Assembly: GCA_000708835.1 (NCBI GenBank)
Contig: DF237166.1
Location: forward strand, 62,001-126,000
Length of the DNA: 64,000 bases
Source: Klebsormidium nitens
Lineage: Eukaryota; Plantae; Klebsormidiophyceae
Direction of reading: 5' to 3'
A program made the position numbers and the translations under genes. A model generated the notes under the pieces. The model did not search any database, was not told the origin of the DNA, and was given only the letters and a program-made list of their open reading frames with translations. Positions 24,872 through 36,750 of the stretch are shown here, piece by piece. Numbering within the stretch: the first letter of the stretch is position 1; the number at the start of each line of letters is the position of its first letter.

Positions 24872-27800
24872 ATGGCTACCTCCTTCCCCCTCCCCCCAGT
24901 GTTTCCCCAGGGCCAATTGACCCATGTGCCAATCCAAGGAACACAGGGGAGAGTTGCAGTGGAAGACAGCGGACCGCCAGACTCTGCATTGCCCACTCTG
25001 CTCTTCCTCCACGGCCTGGGAGACTTCCGTCAGACTTACCGCTTCCTCGCGCCAAAGTTCCACTCAAGAGGGCACAGAGTCCTCTTGGCAGACCTGAGGG
25101 GGTGCGGAGAGTCAACGACAAACTTCCCATCCTACACGTGAGTCCCCGCTGACAAAATTTGTTGGAGTAGGGGAACGAATGTGGCCAAGTCATTTTCCAG
25201 AGTGGGTAAAGAAACAGTTCTTGAAGTTCTTCATAGGGGCTGTCTTTTGTGCAGGATTAGGGCGGAATCTGCACATGCAAGTGCTTGCACCGAGCGGTTG
25301 CTGTGTAACGGACAATGTCTTGAGCTTCTCAACAACTCTGCAGACTCAACACTGCGAAGGTAGTCTCTACAAGCTGAACAACCTCCTTTGCACCAGATGT
25401 AAACTCTTTCTCAAAGCTCTTCCGCAGATTTGTGCCTGTGATCATCTTATAAAATGGACGACGTTGCCATAACCGCCAGCTGTCCACCCAATAACTTTAC
25501 AATCTACCGCAGGCCTGTGGATGTGGCAAACGATGCGGTGGCTGTCTTGGACCATTTCAAGGTGAATCAACCAGCAGTCATCGTCAGCAATTCGCTGTCT
25601 GCCTCCTCTAGTGCGTACGTGGCTGCCAAGCACCCCGAGAGGGTCGCTGCTCTGATTGGGGTGAGCGGTGCTCTTTTTCCTAGCCCTCTTCCAAACGTTG
25701 TTGGTTCGCATATGTGCTTTGTCTAATTGTATCGAGTTGAAATACTGAAGAGCGTTGTTGTAGACCTCAGTACCTTAGATCTTTCAGAACGGACTGAGAA
25801 TCTACATATCTGATGCGCACAGACGTCGATTCTCTGGTTCTTAAAGTCTTCGTGCGAGACTCCCTTCCGTGATTGCCACCGTTCGATTCTTCCACAGTCA
25901 AGCTGATTCCTCATGGAATTTGATTGGTTGTGGCGGCAACACGCCGGAGTGGCCCAGAAAACGCCCTCATGCACCTGAAATACTTCTTAGCAGCCTCAGT
26001 CTGTGTGGAGCAAGGGATTTTCGGGCACGCCGTTGTCCCTGCATGGCGTGAACTTAGTTCAAATCTGCTTTCCTGGACCATACTCAAGACTCAAATGTCC
26101 GACGATCTCCATGTCGCGCCCGCCGAACTTTTCTTGATTCGAAAAGGTCCTCACAAACAAAGTCCGCAGCAGCCTGGCCAGCGAAATTGTGCGCACTAGT
26201 TGTTGTCGCCCGCCTGCGCCTTCCGATGTTGCATCTGCCAACGTGCTGCACGCTCCACCTTTTCCTTGTGTGCACTCTGGAAAGGATGTGTGAGCCATTT
26301 CGCTATGTTCAGAAGGCTCCGACATACCCATTTGGCGCGTCTTTTGATTCCCCCAGTCCTCAAAAGACCAGCGTAGGGCCCCCGGTAGTGGTGGCCTCAC
26401 TGACTCCCCGTTTCCTTCCTCAGTGTTCTGTCCGACCGGCCCTATTGATTCCGCTTCTGCAGAAAGACTCACTTTATTTCCGATTTTACTTCTCCCCTTC
26501 CCTGCAGACCGACCCCTTCCTCCCATGGACCCCCCCTAAATCGGGGCGACTCACTCACCCCCCGTTGTCCCCCTTCTTCCCTTGCAAAGCGGCCCCTTCT
26601 TGTGCAAACCCCCTGGAAGCAGAAGAGCTAACCGGCCTCCCATTTTTTCCCCCGCTTCTTTCTGCAGCCCTTCTTGCGTCACCCCCCCGAATCGAAACAA
26701 GTTACTTACCTCCTCCTCCCCCCCCTTTCTTTGCAGACGGGCCCCTTCCTGCGCGACCCCCCCGGCAGCGGCTGGCTCGGCCCCGTGAGCCACGTGCTCT
26801 TCGCCCGTCCGTGGGGCGCGGCCGCGTGGGTCTCCTTCTGGAAAACGCTCACGGTCAAGAAGCCCGCCGACTTCGATGATTATACGAAGGCGATGAACGC
26901 GGCCACGAGGAGCGAGGGACACCTGGCGGCGATCGGCGGCATGATCCGGGGGCCCAAGAAGCCGTGCTGGGATGTTGCGGGGGACGTCAAGTGCCCGGTT
27001 CTGCTCGTGTTTGGTGAGCGAGACCGGCTGGAATTTGGGGTCTCCTCTTCGTTTAATCGCTGTCTTCGGCTTCTTTTTCCTAGTTGACGGGAGATGTTAA
27101 ACTTTCAAAATACTGGGTCGTGGGCTCTTTTAAGTGCGGATACTGGTTCGTTATTTGTGTTTCGAGATGACAACAGGCTCATGGGATGCTTCTACCCTGG
27201 CATACTGGTTTCATTGGTCGCTGTTCAAATCTCGGTCCTCAAGGGCTGTTGAAACTTCCACATGATTCATGGGCTGTGTTTGGGCTTGGTTACGGGTCAA
27301 GGGATGTGTTTGGATTCTCCTGGCTTATGCGGTTCGCTCAACTTTGTCGGAAAGCCCCATTCAGAATCTTCAGCCGTGCTGCTTGAAAATATGAGGCCCA
27401 GAATGCCAATAGGCTGATACTCCGTTCTTGGCGATTGTTAAAATTCACCTTTGGTTGGTAGGCGATGAAAGCCCCTAACTTACTAGCAGAGAGAAGCTTG
27501 CAAGCTGTACGCTGAAGCCGTTGAAGGCTTTTGAGCGCTTTTGGTTACTCAAGGCCCAGTATTCCTGCATCATCGGGTCTTCAATACTGAAGACCCACCT
27601 CTTCCGATGTGTGCTGCTTCTGTCTCGCCTCGATTAGAAGATTACTGTCAACTCGATTAGAACTTGAAGCCGAGACGTTCGAGTTGCACATTCATGATTT
27701 CCATTTTGAAGGAGATAAAGCTTTGCCGCTGCGGTATGAAATCAACCGCACTGCAAGTATCCTGCTTTTGGACGTTTGGATCCATAACATACTTGTTTGA

Positions 27801-28234
27801 GACGATTATGGTTCCTCTCGAAACAACATAAAAACTCGAACGACTGCAGACTATGGCTAGAACAGCTAGGCGTTGATTGTAAGAAGCCCTGATTCCAACT
27901 GGCTTCGGCACTTAGCAATCACTCTCTTGTAGCCCTCTCCTGAAAAACAGGAGTCATCGTTTTGGACAAATAAAGACGGTCACTTTCCCAGAGGACGCTG
28001 TCAATGAAGGAGGCCCCATAAAACAATCAATAACGTTTGACACGTCTTTTTGCAGGCTCCAAAGACCCCGATTTCAAGGACCCGGCGGCTGAGGGCGAGG
28101 AGCATCGCCGGCAGCTGAAGTCTGCCAAGGTGGTTAAGGTCGAGGTTTTGCCGGGGTTAGGCCACTACCCAGCTTCTGAAGATCCGGAGGCCGTGTTCAA
28201 ACTGGCGACAGACTTTCTGGAGGCTTCTCTCTGA
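24872..28234 (+). CDS. Alpha/beta-fold hydrolase
   Basis: Phase-consistent exons 24872-25137, 25513-25660, 26737-27013, 28056-28234. Motifs: LLFLHGLG, VLLADLRGCGES, nucleophile elbow VSNSLSA, CPVLLVFGSKDPDF, LPGLGHYP. Confidence 0.9.
26504..26700 (+). repeat. Three degenerate copies of the hydrolase exon-3 acceptor plus exon start
   Basis: Real tgcag|acgggccccttcctgcgcgacccccccgg at 26732; copies near 26504, 26583 and 26663, period about 75-80 bp. Confidence 0.75.
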
Positions 28235-29852
28235 ATGGCCCTGCGACTTACGTCTGGCCGTTTGGTGCACTTGTATACTTAGCACCGAGCTAGAAGTTGT
28301 GACATAATTGGTGCCAAATCGGCCGTTGAGTCTCATGAAGACCAGGCCAGTATAGGTGTATGGGATAATATGACAGCGTAAGAAAGGCCGGCAGTCTGGG
28401 GTATTTGACCACAATAGTTCTTAGGTAGAATAGGTTGCAGGCCCGGCAGTGACCATCCTTATAGAGCATGCGCAGCGATTGGGTCGATCTTGGCCCATGC
28501 CTCACGGATACCGTCGAGTGGATCGACTGGCAACTTTGTAAAGGCGTATAGGTAAGAACTTTGGAACGATGCCAGAACCACTAAAATGACGTGTGGGAAA
28601 TCTAGAATTGATTCAATATCATGTGCTAGCAAGCCTGCTTGCAACATGTAGTAAGTTGGCTTTAAGTACATACGGGCTCAGATGAAATTCTCAGCTTCAT
28701 TACTCGCGTCGGGCGCGCCAAGTGATCCGGGCCCGCGAGCAATTGACGCGTCCGATCAAAATTGCGCCCGTCAATTATGCACGTTGATGTCTGAGCCCCG
28801 GCGTCTGTGTTTCTAATTGTGCAATTAGTTGCACTGGCACATTGCGTACATGAAATACATTTAAACATTAGCTCCTAAGATTTGACTTCCAAAGAAAAAA
28901 GCTTGTTCAACTGAGAATGACATCATGTGTCACATATAATATCATTGTATCCTCCCGCGCGGGCCTACATCACTTAAGTGAACCTGATCACATGAGGCTC
29001 TAGCCAGCTAGATAGAGTAGCTCCGCCTAGCTAATCAACTCCATGCCAGGCAGGACTTGCAGTTATGGCCTACCGGTATACCGTACGCATGATGGCATGC
29101 TTCCTCGTGCGTGGAGCTAGTCTTGAAAAACCTTTAAGGATTTGTCATTGGAAGCTGCCATGGTGGTATATGTATACAGCAGAAGGCCACCGGGACGAGG
29201 GTTGACTGCGCCAGGCCACATGACAAACATGATGTATAACATGATTCATCTGGAAATGATTGCATGGAACAGTAACGTTGAATGCGGAATCAGAGTGAGA
29301 ATAGTGAGAATAGGAGGCAACGTACATGCGGTGGATACGCATTCGTCATCGAGCAGTTGGGCAATGCACTCGACGACGGTCGCACGTGTATGCTAGGATT
29401 GGATGCGAAAGAACCCGGGTGACATCGAGGAAATTGCAGGGGGTCAATTATCCAGTTCGCGAACGAGTAGCCTCTTATGAGCTGAAAACCGTTCAGAACC
29501 TTCCGTCCAGCGCTTAATTAGTTCGACAAGCAACTTATCTACAGGAGCCGCACATGCTCCGCATCACAGCCCCACAACAATCCCAAGAATACTTCACGTC
29601 CGCGCACAACACAGGTTTAAATGTTGATTATTGCAGACGTTATGCAACCTGAAAAGCAGATCTACCTGTCCTTCTGGCTGACCTGTAAGCAGTCCCCTTG
29701 TACTTCGCCACCAGCAGCGTGCAAAACCCCACCCATTGCTTCGTTCCCCTCTACGAAAAACTTCAACGCTCCTTCACCCGGTCTCTTTAGCCCCAAAAAG
29801 GCCCCACGCTTCCTCCCCCGGTCTTTTTACAATCAAGGAAGCGCACCGAAAC

Positions 29853-29966
29853 TTTGACAGTCTAGAACTGCCCCCCGCGCCGCTCCTTGTGCGGCGTTAT
29901 GTAATGGACGCGGTTTGACAGTCTAGAACCGCCCCCCGCGCCGCTCCTTGTGCGGCGTTATGTAAT
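29853..29966. repeat. Near-perfect tandem duplication (period 61 bp) covering the stop codon of the coiled-coil gene
   Basis: tttgacagtctagaac[t/c]gccccccgcgccgctccttgtgcggcgttatgtaat at 29853-29905 and 29914-29966. Confidence 0.9.
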
Positions 29967-32900
29967 AGTCCGCGTCCCCCTGGCTGCGCAGAATGCTCAG
30001 CTGGCCCTCCCGTTCCAGCAACTCCTGCTCCAAGTCTCCCACTCTAGTTCTCAGCGCCTCGCACTCTTTCCGCTCCCGCGCCAAACCACCCGCCAACTTT
30101 TCCACCTCACTCCGCAGCCCCAGAACCTCCTCCTCCAAAACCCCCGCCTCTTCCCCGCTTCGCAGAAGGGCCTCGTTCGCCTGCGCCAAACCCGCCTCCA
30201 AAACCCTAACCCTCGCGCCTAACCTCGCCACCTCTTCCTCAGCGACCTCCGCCCGCGCTTCGGCTGACGCCAGCGCGGCACGCATCGATTCCGCGTCCTC
30301 GTTCCGTTTCCGCTCGACCTCGCCCACCAGCCGCTCGAATTCCGCCCGCGTCTCCGCCAGTCGTTCCGTCAGCCCGCGGGAGTGCTCCTCCAAAGCCGTC
30401 TTCTCCTCACCGGACGCCCGCAAACTCTCCCGACATTCGGACAGCGTCCCTTCCACTTCCTCCACCCGTCCGATCAGCATCGCCACGCGCTCCTCGTTCT
30501 CGGCAACTTTCGCCCCCCGCTCTAGTTCCATCACCTCCACTGTTGCTTCCAACTCCCCTCGTGCCGTTTCACACTCCGCCCGAGCCGATTCACACCCCCG
30601 CAGCCGCTCTGCCAGTGCGGCCGTTCTTGCCTCGGCGGCGTTCGCCCGTTCCGCCGTTTCGATCTGCGCTGCGCCCCCCATCTCCAGCAGACTCCGCGCC
30701 TCTTCCTCGGACCATCTCAAGCGTTCAAGTTCGCCCTTCGTTTCTTCCATCTCCTTTTCGAGCCCTTGTATCACTCCTTTCAACCGCTCCTTCTCGTTCT
30801 CGGCTGCCGCCAACTCTTCCAGCGCTCCTTTCTCCGCCTGCTCTGATTCTCGTGCCTTCGTTTCCAACTCGAAAACCTGTTCTGTCAGGCCCTCCTCCCT
30901 TAATCGCCCACCTTCCAGGTCTTCTTCGGCGACGAGAACCCGCTCTCGTAGCACCTTTTCACTTTCTTCCAATGCCGCGGTTCTCGCTTCGCTCTCACCC
31001 AGAACCGCAGTCAACCGCTCGACCTCTCCTCTGGCCTCCGTGACCGATTTCCTCAACATTTCGGCTTCTCTCTCCCCTTCTTGGTGCGCCAAGACCGTCG
31101 CTGCAAGCTCTGCTTTTAGCGACGTGTCAGAACCCCGCAGCCGTTCGATCTTCGCTTCTCTTTCCCTGACGTCAGCACCCAGCCTTTCTTCAGCTTCCTC
31201 TGCGGCAGCCCGCGCCGCTTTGAATTCCCGCTCTAGTTCCCCGACCCTCGCTTTTCCGTTCTCGATCTCCGCCAACATGTCCACCTTCACCATATGGTAA
31301 GCTTCCCGCTCCTCGCCCGCTGACGTCAGCCGTGACGTCAGCTCTGCCACGTGGCGCCTCTCCCTCTCGAGTTCCTTGAGCGCCTTCTCTGCGCGCACCG
31401 CCGCCCTCCCCTCATCGACCTTCGACGCCTTCAGTTGAAACTCCAAGCCCTCGACACGTGTCGCCAGCTCAGCGTGTCTCTCGCGCGCCTCCCGTAACTC
31501 CACCCGCATCTGCGACTCCTTCCTCGCACTCGCCAAAAGCTTCCCCTCGCCGGCTTGTATCTCCTCCTGCGCTTCGGCCAACTCCCGCTCTAGTTCCTTC
31601 ATCCTCTCCTGCCGTTTCGCATTTCCCTCCCGCCACGCCCGCTCTCTCTCGCTGCTTTCCGCCACCCCCCGGTCGCGCTCCTTTTCCACCGTGCGGAGCG
31701 TCTCTTCCAGAACCCCCACCTGGGTGCGCAGCCCACTGATCTCCAGTCTCAGCGCCACGCCCGCAGCGCGCTCTTTTTTTCAGCTCATCCTGCCACCCCC
31801 GGGCCCGCGAAACGCCGCCGCCTCCAGACTCTTTCCGCACTCCCCCCCCCCCGCNCNCNCNCNCNCNCNCNCNCNCNCNCNNCNCNCCNCNCNNNCNCNC
31901 NNNCNCNCCNNNNNNNNNNNNNNNNNNNNCCGCCTCCACGACCTTTCCGTCCATCCCCCCCCCCCCCGCCAGCCGTTCGTTCTCTTTCCTCAGCCCCTCC
32001 AATTCGCTCTCCACCCGTTCCAGCCGCTCCTGCAGCGCCGTCTCCTCCCCCTCCCCCTCCAAAAGCTGCCGCTCTAGTTCCTCCACCCGCCCCTGTTTCG
32101 CGGCGTTCTCCGCCTCGAGAAGCTTCACCCGCTCAAGCGCTTTCTCTTTCTCCTCTTCCCCGGAACCCTGTCGAAAGCCGTCCATAACCCGTTCTGCGGC
32201 CAAAACCCTCTCCCGGTGCTCGCGCATTTGCGCCTCGAACAGCGCCAGCTTCGCGGCCTGGTCTCCCTGCCGCGCGCCCACCGCGGCCAGCTCCGCGACC
32301 AGGCGCCCGTTCTCCCGCTCTAGTTTCCCGTTCTGAGAGCGCGCCAGCTCGAGCTCCCGCTCTAGTTCCTGCATCGTCCAACCCTCCTGCTTCTTAGTCA
32401 ACGTTTGTGACGTTTGTTGCTTCACATCGACGAGCGACTCGGTTCTCCGAAGTTGTTCATCGATTCAGCCTTCAAACTAATTGACTTTCTCTCACAATTG
32501 ACGCTCATATTAGCAGTCTTGCTTTCTAGTTGTCCGTCATTGCATGTCAACTGTGCACTGGCAGTGTTCGTAGATTGGTAAATAGTGGAAGCCTCCGCGG
32601 GCAAGAATGAGTCTGAAACAGCTGACTGCCGAAGTACAGGTCCGGCTACGAAACAAAACCCATGTGGGTAGCAGTTCCACAAAGATGGCCGCTTTCCTCA
32701 CCCTTGCATCCCGGCTCCCCGCTCGCGCACGCTCGAGCTCTCGCTCTAGATCCTGCACTGCCCGCCGGTCGCGCCTCAAGGCCTCGTTTTCGGTCGCGAG
32801 ACGCTGGGCTTCAGCGACGGCCCTTTGATGCTCTGTGGTTAGCACAGACACCTCCTCGGAAGCCCCTATGAGCGCTCGCTGGGCGTCCGCACGGTCGGTG

Positions 32901-34794
32901 CTTGCGGCGGAGACGCGGTCCAGCAGCGCATTCTTCTCTTCCTGAAGGGACAAAGAGGGAAAGATCGAAAGGTGAAGACAAAAGGGTACCTATGCACAGA
33001 AGTGGGGCAAAGTCTCAAAAGTCTTCGTGGTTGGTATTCTGAGACGATATTTTCCAAATGCAGTGCCCATGTGGAGGATCAATAAGCAGACACGCCTTGA
33101 CCAACTTGGCGAAAGTCGATTTGGAGGCCACGTTAAGATTCCCTGAGAAGTGAAGCAGACTTGCGACAAGACAGGTTTTCTCCCACTGTCATACTTCAGC
33201 AAACCGTCCCCAACTACAGAGGTGAACGAAGAGCACTCTGGGAGGCAGCACGAGCAACGTCAGCAGCTCTGATTTGAGTAGGTTTATACCACAGGAAATG
33301 GCAACAGCGATTAGATTCAGGGGGGTTTGCAACCGGCAGTGCTTTCTCATTGTATATACCCAGCTTTTGTAGCAAAATGCACGAGGATCAGGACATCAGG
33401 ATCAGAGCGTTAGAACCAGACGAGATTCCGAAGGAATGTCATATGTCTTCATAGCAGCTCATGCAATCAGTAGCCAAGCAACTTGTCTGATAGAGAGGAG
33501 GACTTCAAGTCCGAGATCTGTACGTGGAGATCAGATTCTGTAGACGTTTTTGAGTTCAAGATGAGAGTACAAACAAGTGTGTAGTTCTTAACTCGAGAAA
33601 TTGGAACCATTCATTCAGTCACAGTTCACATGAAACATATTGGACACACTCGAGGTTGCCCCATCAACTGCTAGGGACTCCCGCGCTCACCTCAGCCCTG
33701 CGAACGTGCTTCTGCAGCTTTTTGGCCCGCTCGGCCGCCTCCTTGCGCACCTCGGCTACTTCTGCTTCCCGCCTCTCCCGCTCCGCCCGCAGCTCTTGCT
33801 CCAGATCCGCCCGGGTCATTTCTGGTGCGCCCAACTTTTCTTCCAGCATCAGCTTTCGTCCGCTCAAATCCTCACCCCTGGTTGGCGAACTGGTTCTACT
33901 CCTCTGCGCACGCGCAGGGCTCGGCCTCGAAGCGGACCCCTCCGGGGCCCTCGCCGCACTGAGGGGCCCTGTAGACGAGTCATGCGTTGCTTCAAGCCTC
34001 AGCTTCTCTGCCAGCGAGCGCAGCCCCGCCTCCTGCAGGGCCTCCTGTAATCTTCTCCTTGGCGCGCCAGCTGTCGCCGCGCCAGCTGTCATCGTGCTCT
34101 TTGCCGTGCTCAGGAGCGCCCCCTGGTCGCGCGCGTTGCTCGAAACGCTCAGCCCCCCGCCGGTGCTCTCCTTCACACTGCCCCATGACGAGGCTTCCTT
34201 GGGCCCCCGCACAATGATCTCTTCTGCTATCTGCTGCGCCAGGTTCCGAAAGCTCTGGTCGTTCAGGTTTAGAAAGCTGAGGGAGCGTTTCTGGACCGAT
34301 TCCCCCTCCGTGCTGCGCTCACTTGCCGAGCTGTGGCGGTGCTTTCGAGGAGTGGACCGCGTGCTCTTGGATTGTGAGTCTGGGGGAAAGGGCACCATCA
34401 CTGGCTGGTGGGTTAGCCCCTTAACCCTGCCCGCATTGACTCGATTGTCAGCAAGACCTAGGATCTCCCGAGTCTCATCTTCGACAAACCGCTCACCCGG
34501 AGCTGGAAACAGCCCCGTCAAGTTCTCATCCCAGGACCTGTCCTTGGAGCGGGACGACGCCCGGCTGCTACTAAAAACGGGGCTTGCGTCCGTTTTCAGG
34601 GTACTTATTGAATGCAGTTTCTGGGCGCTGTCAGGACGGGCTTTTTGGACGCTCCCCGGACGCGACCTGCCGGACGAGCTTCTGGAGGAGTGCCGCGTGT
34701 CAGCGGAGGAGGCCTCCCTGACTAGTATGGGCGGAAGCGGTGTGGTGCTGCGGGACCCCAATCTCCGATGCTCTTCACTAGCTGAGGGCGACAT
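29923..34794 (-). CDS. Long coiled-coil protein with disordered Ser/Arg-rich N-terminus, function unknown; model crosses an N gap and apparent indel errors
   Basis: Exons 33691-34794 and 32702-32941 (both phase 0), then about 32386 or 32368 down to stop 29923. Over 600 residues of E/R/A/L heptad-like sequence. Frame break near 31774-31780 next to the gap at 31855-31929. Confidence 0.8.
31855..31929. other. Assembly gap / low-quality poly-C region
   Basis: Run of n bases interleaved with c. Confidence 0.98.
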
Positions 34795-36750
34795 TGCCAG
34801 GTTGGATCAGCAGCAAGGAAATCTGAGATGAATTCCTGCAGTGAAGCAGGGCAACACCTGTCAGCAGGTCACATCTGAACTTCTCATGGAAGTGTTCTTC
34901 AGAGTTCTTACTTCGGCTTTAGCGCCTTTGAATCAGCCGGGTGTAGAAAGGTTGCTGACCAGGGAAGCAGAGCGTCTGTCTGGAGAAGGCCATGCCACCT
35001 GTTGTAGGACTGTGGTACCAAGCCACGACTTGGATTAGTCAATCACCATTTCAACTGGTCTCTGAGTAGGACTGAGATTCTGCATCAAAGGACTTCCTTG
35101 TTCAGCTTTGGCGACAGCACATGACTGTAATCTGTGAAGTGGGCCTTTCTTGCATTCACCAGCAATCCTGTCAAGAACCAATCAACAAAGCCAAGCAGTG
35201 GATTGTCCGACTGCAGATATGATATGCCTATTCAGAACCCAGTTCAATTGGCAGATTGTGGTTCTCACCTTCCGAGAATCTGATGTTGCGTCTGTTCGGC
35301 TTCAGGTGTTCGGGGACCAATCTAAAGAAGTGCAAAAGTACGACGCCCAATAGTAGTGGCCCCTTTGGTGTGTTTCCTGAGACATCTATGCACCTGGGCC
35401 GTGTTGGATTGTGCCAGTTAACATGCACTTGGCTTACTGATCAGCACCGACTCAGCAGCGCAGCAATTCAAACAAAGAAAATGATGAGCCATCATCGTAA
35501 GAAGTTGCAATTATGCTCCTTGAAACCCAGACAATTGTCTTAGATCATGCTTCGGACTCTTCCTGAGACAACAATAGGCAAGCACCCTGCTACCCTAGCT
35601 GCAGCCCGCAACCTCCACGGTTCAGGGCATTGTGCTTCGATGTTTTGTTGAACGTAGCAAAACCGCAGGCTTCCCGGATTTTCAAAACTTTCGCGCCACA
35701 TCTGGATATTTGATGTTTCGAGCCCGCCGTCGAAGAAGACAGGCACCGAGACCCGCACCCATGTTTCGACGCCGGTCTGGATTGCTGTTTAATCGTAACC
35801 GCTACATATGGAGGTTTTTGACAGTTTGAATTGCTTGGACCAGCTTGGACTGGCGGGCATGCAGTCTGGGCCGGACCAACCACTTCTTGAACTTGCGCGC
35901 GGGCCTGCACTGGCAGTCTCTGCAGTGCCCTGCGCTATGCGCATGCACCCAATCACTTAGTAGTACACCTTCGACTATAGCATGCATGCCATAAAGGTTG
36001 GCTTTGAGGCATGGCCGCGACGATCGTGGCACGACTTCCTAGACTTTTATAGCTTCCATGGCTTGCCTATATTTGCATGATGTGCATGCATTTTCCGAAA
36101 TTTTCTGCATCATGTACAACTAACTCGACTGGGTGTACTGCTACTGAATTATATTCTGCAACAAATGATCTGTATACAGATTGGAAGGTGCAACATTGTC
36201 AGTGCACCGTCCATGCAAAGCTTTCGGAGATAACAAGTCGAAGCAATCTAATGGTTGCTATTGTCACCAAACCTAGTGCCCCGTAGGAAGGTATATATGC
36301 ATAATCTAGGAGGCGCGGTGCCCCGCGCAAGCATGATGGCCATGGTCGTGACCATACGGCCAAGTATCATTGATGCAGTGACACGGCTTGATGGCATACT
36401 AAATCGAACCATGATGCACCCTGTGCCTGAAGAAGTACTAGCTCCCATTTCGTCTGCGAATTTGATGCACCCATGTTTGCAGACCCCCCATAGATAGTAA
36501 TCAACTCGACGTGGCAATAGTGGGCCCATGCAATGGCAAACTTCGTGGAACAGGCCCGTCTTGCTGTTGGCCACTTAAGATGAGGACAAGGAGGCGCCGA
36601 GCAACTTGCTCGTTGAAAGAGTGGACAATAGCTTGATAACGGCCAGGCCTCCGCGTTTATACGTTCAGACTCAAATGACGGTTTCATGGCTCATTCCAGT
36701 GTTCATACCTTTGCTCACAAGACTCCAAACACTTCTATTGCGCGGCAACC

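Noticed and set aside
26187-26879. 230-aa plus-strand Pro-rich ORF
   Set aside because: Read-through of C-rich echo repeats in the hydrolase intron, in a different frame from the real exon.
28673-28797. 9-bp inverted repeat gggctcaga / tctgagccc around a GC-rich core
   Set aside because: Too short and no target duplication seen; could be chance.
29993-31300. 435-aa plus-strand Ser/Ala-rich ORF
   Set aside because: Antisense shadow of the E/R/A-rich coiled-coil exon; its composition is what the reverse frame predicts.
33656-34831. 391-aa plus-strand ORF
   Set aside because: Antisense shadow of exon 1 of the coiled-coil gene; no independent splice or domain evidence.
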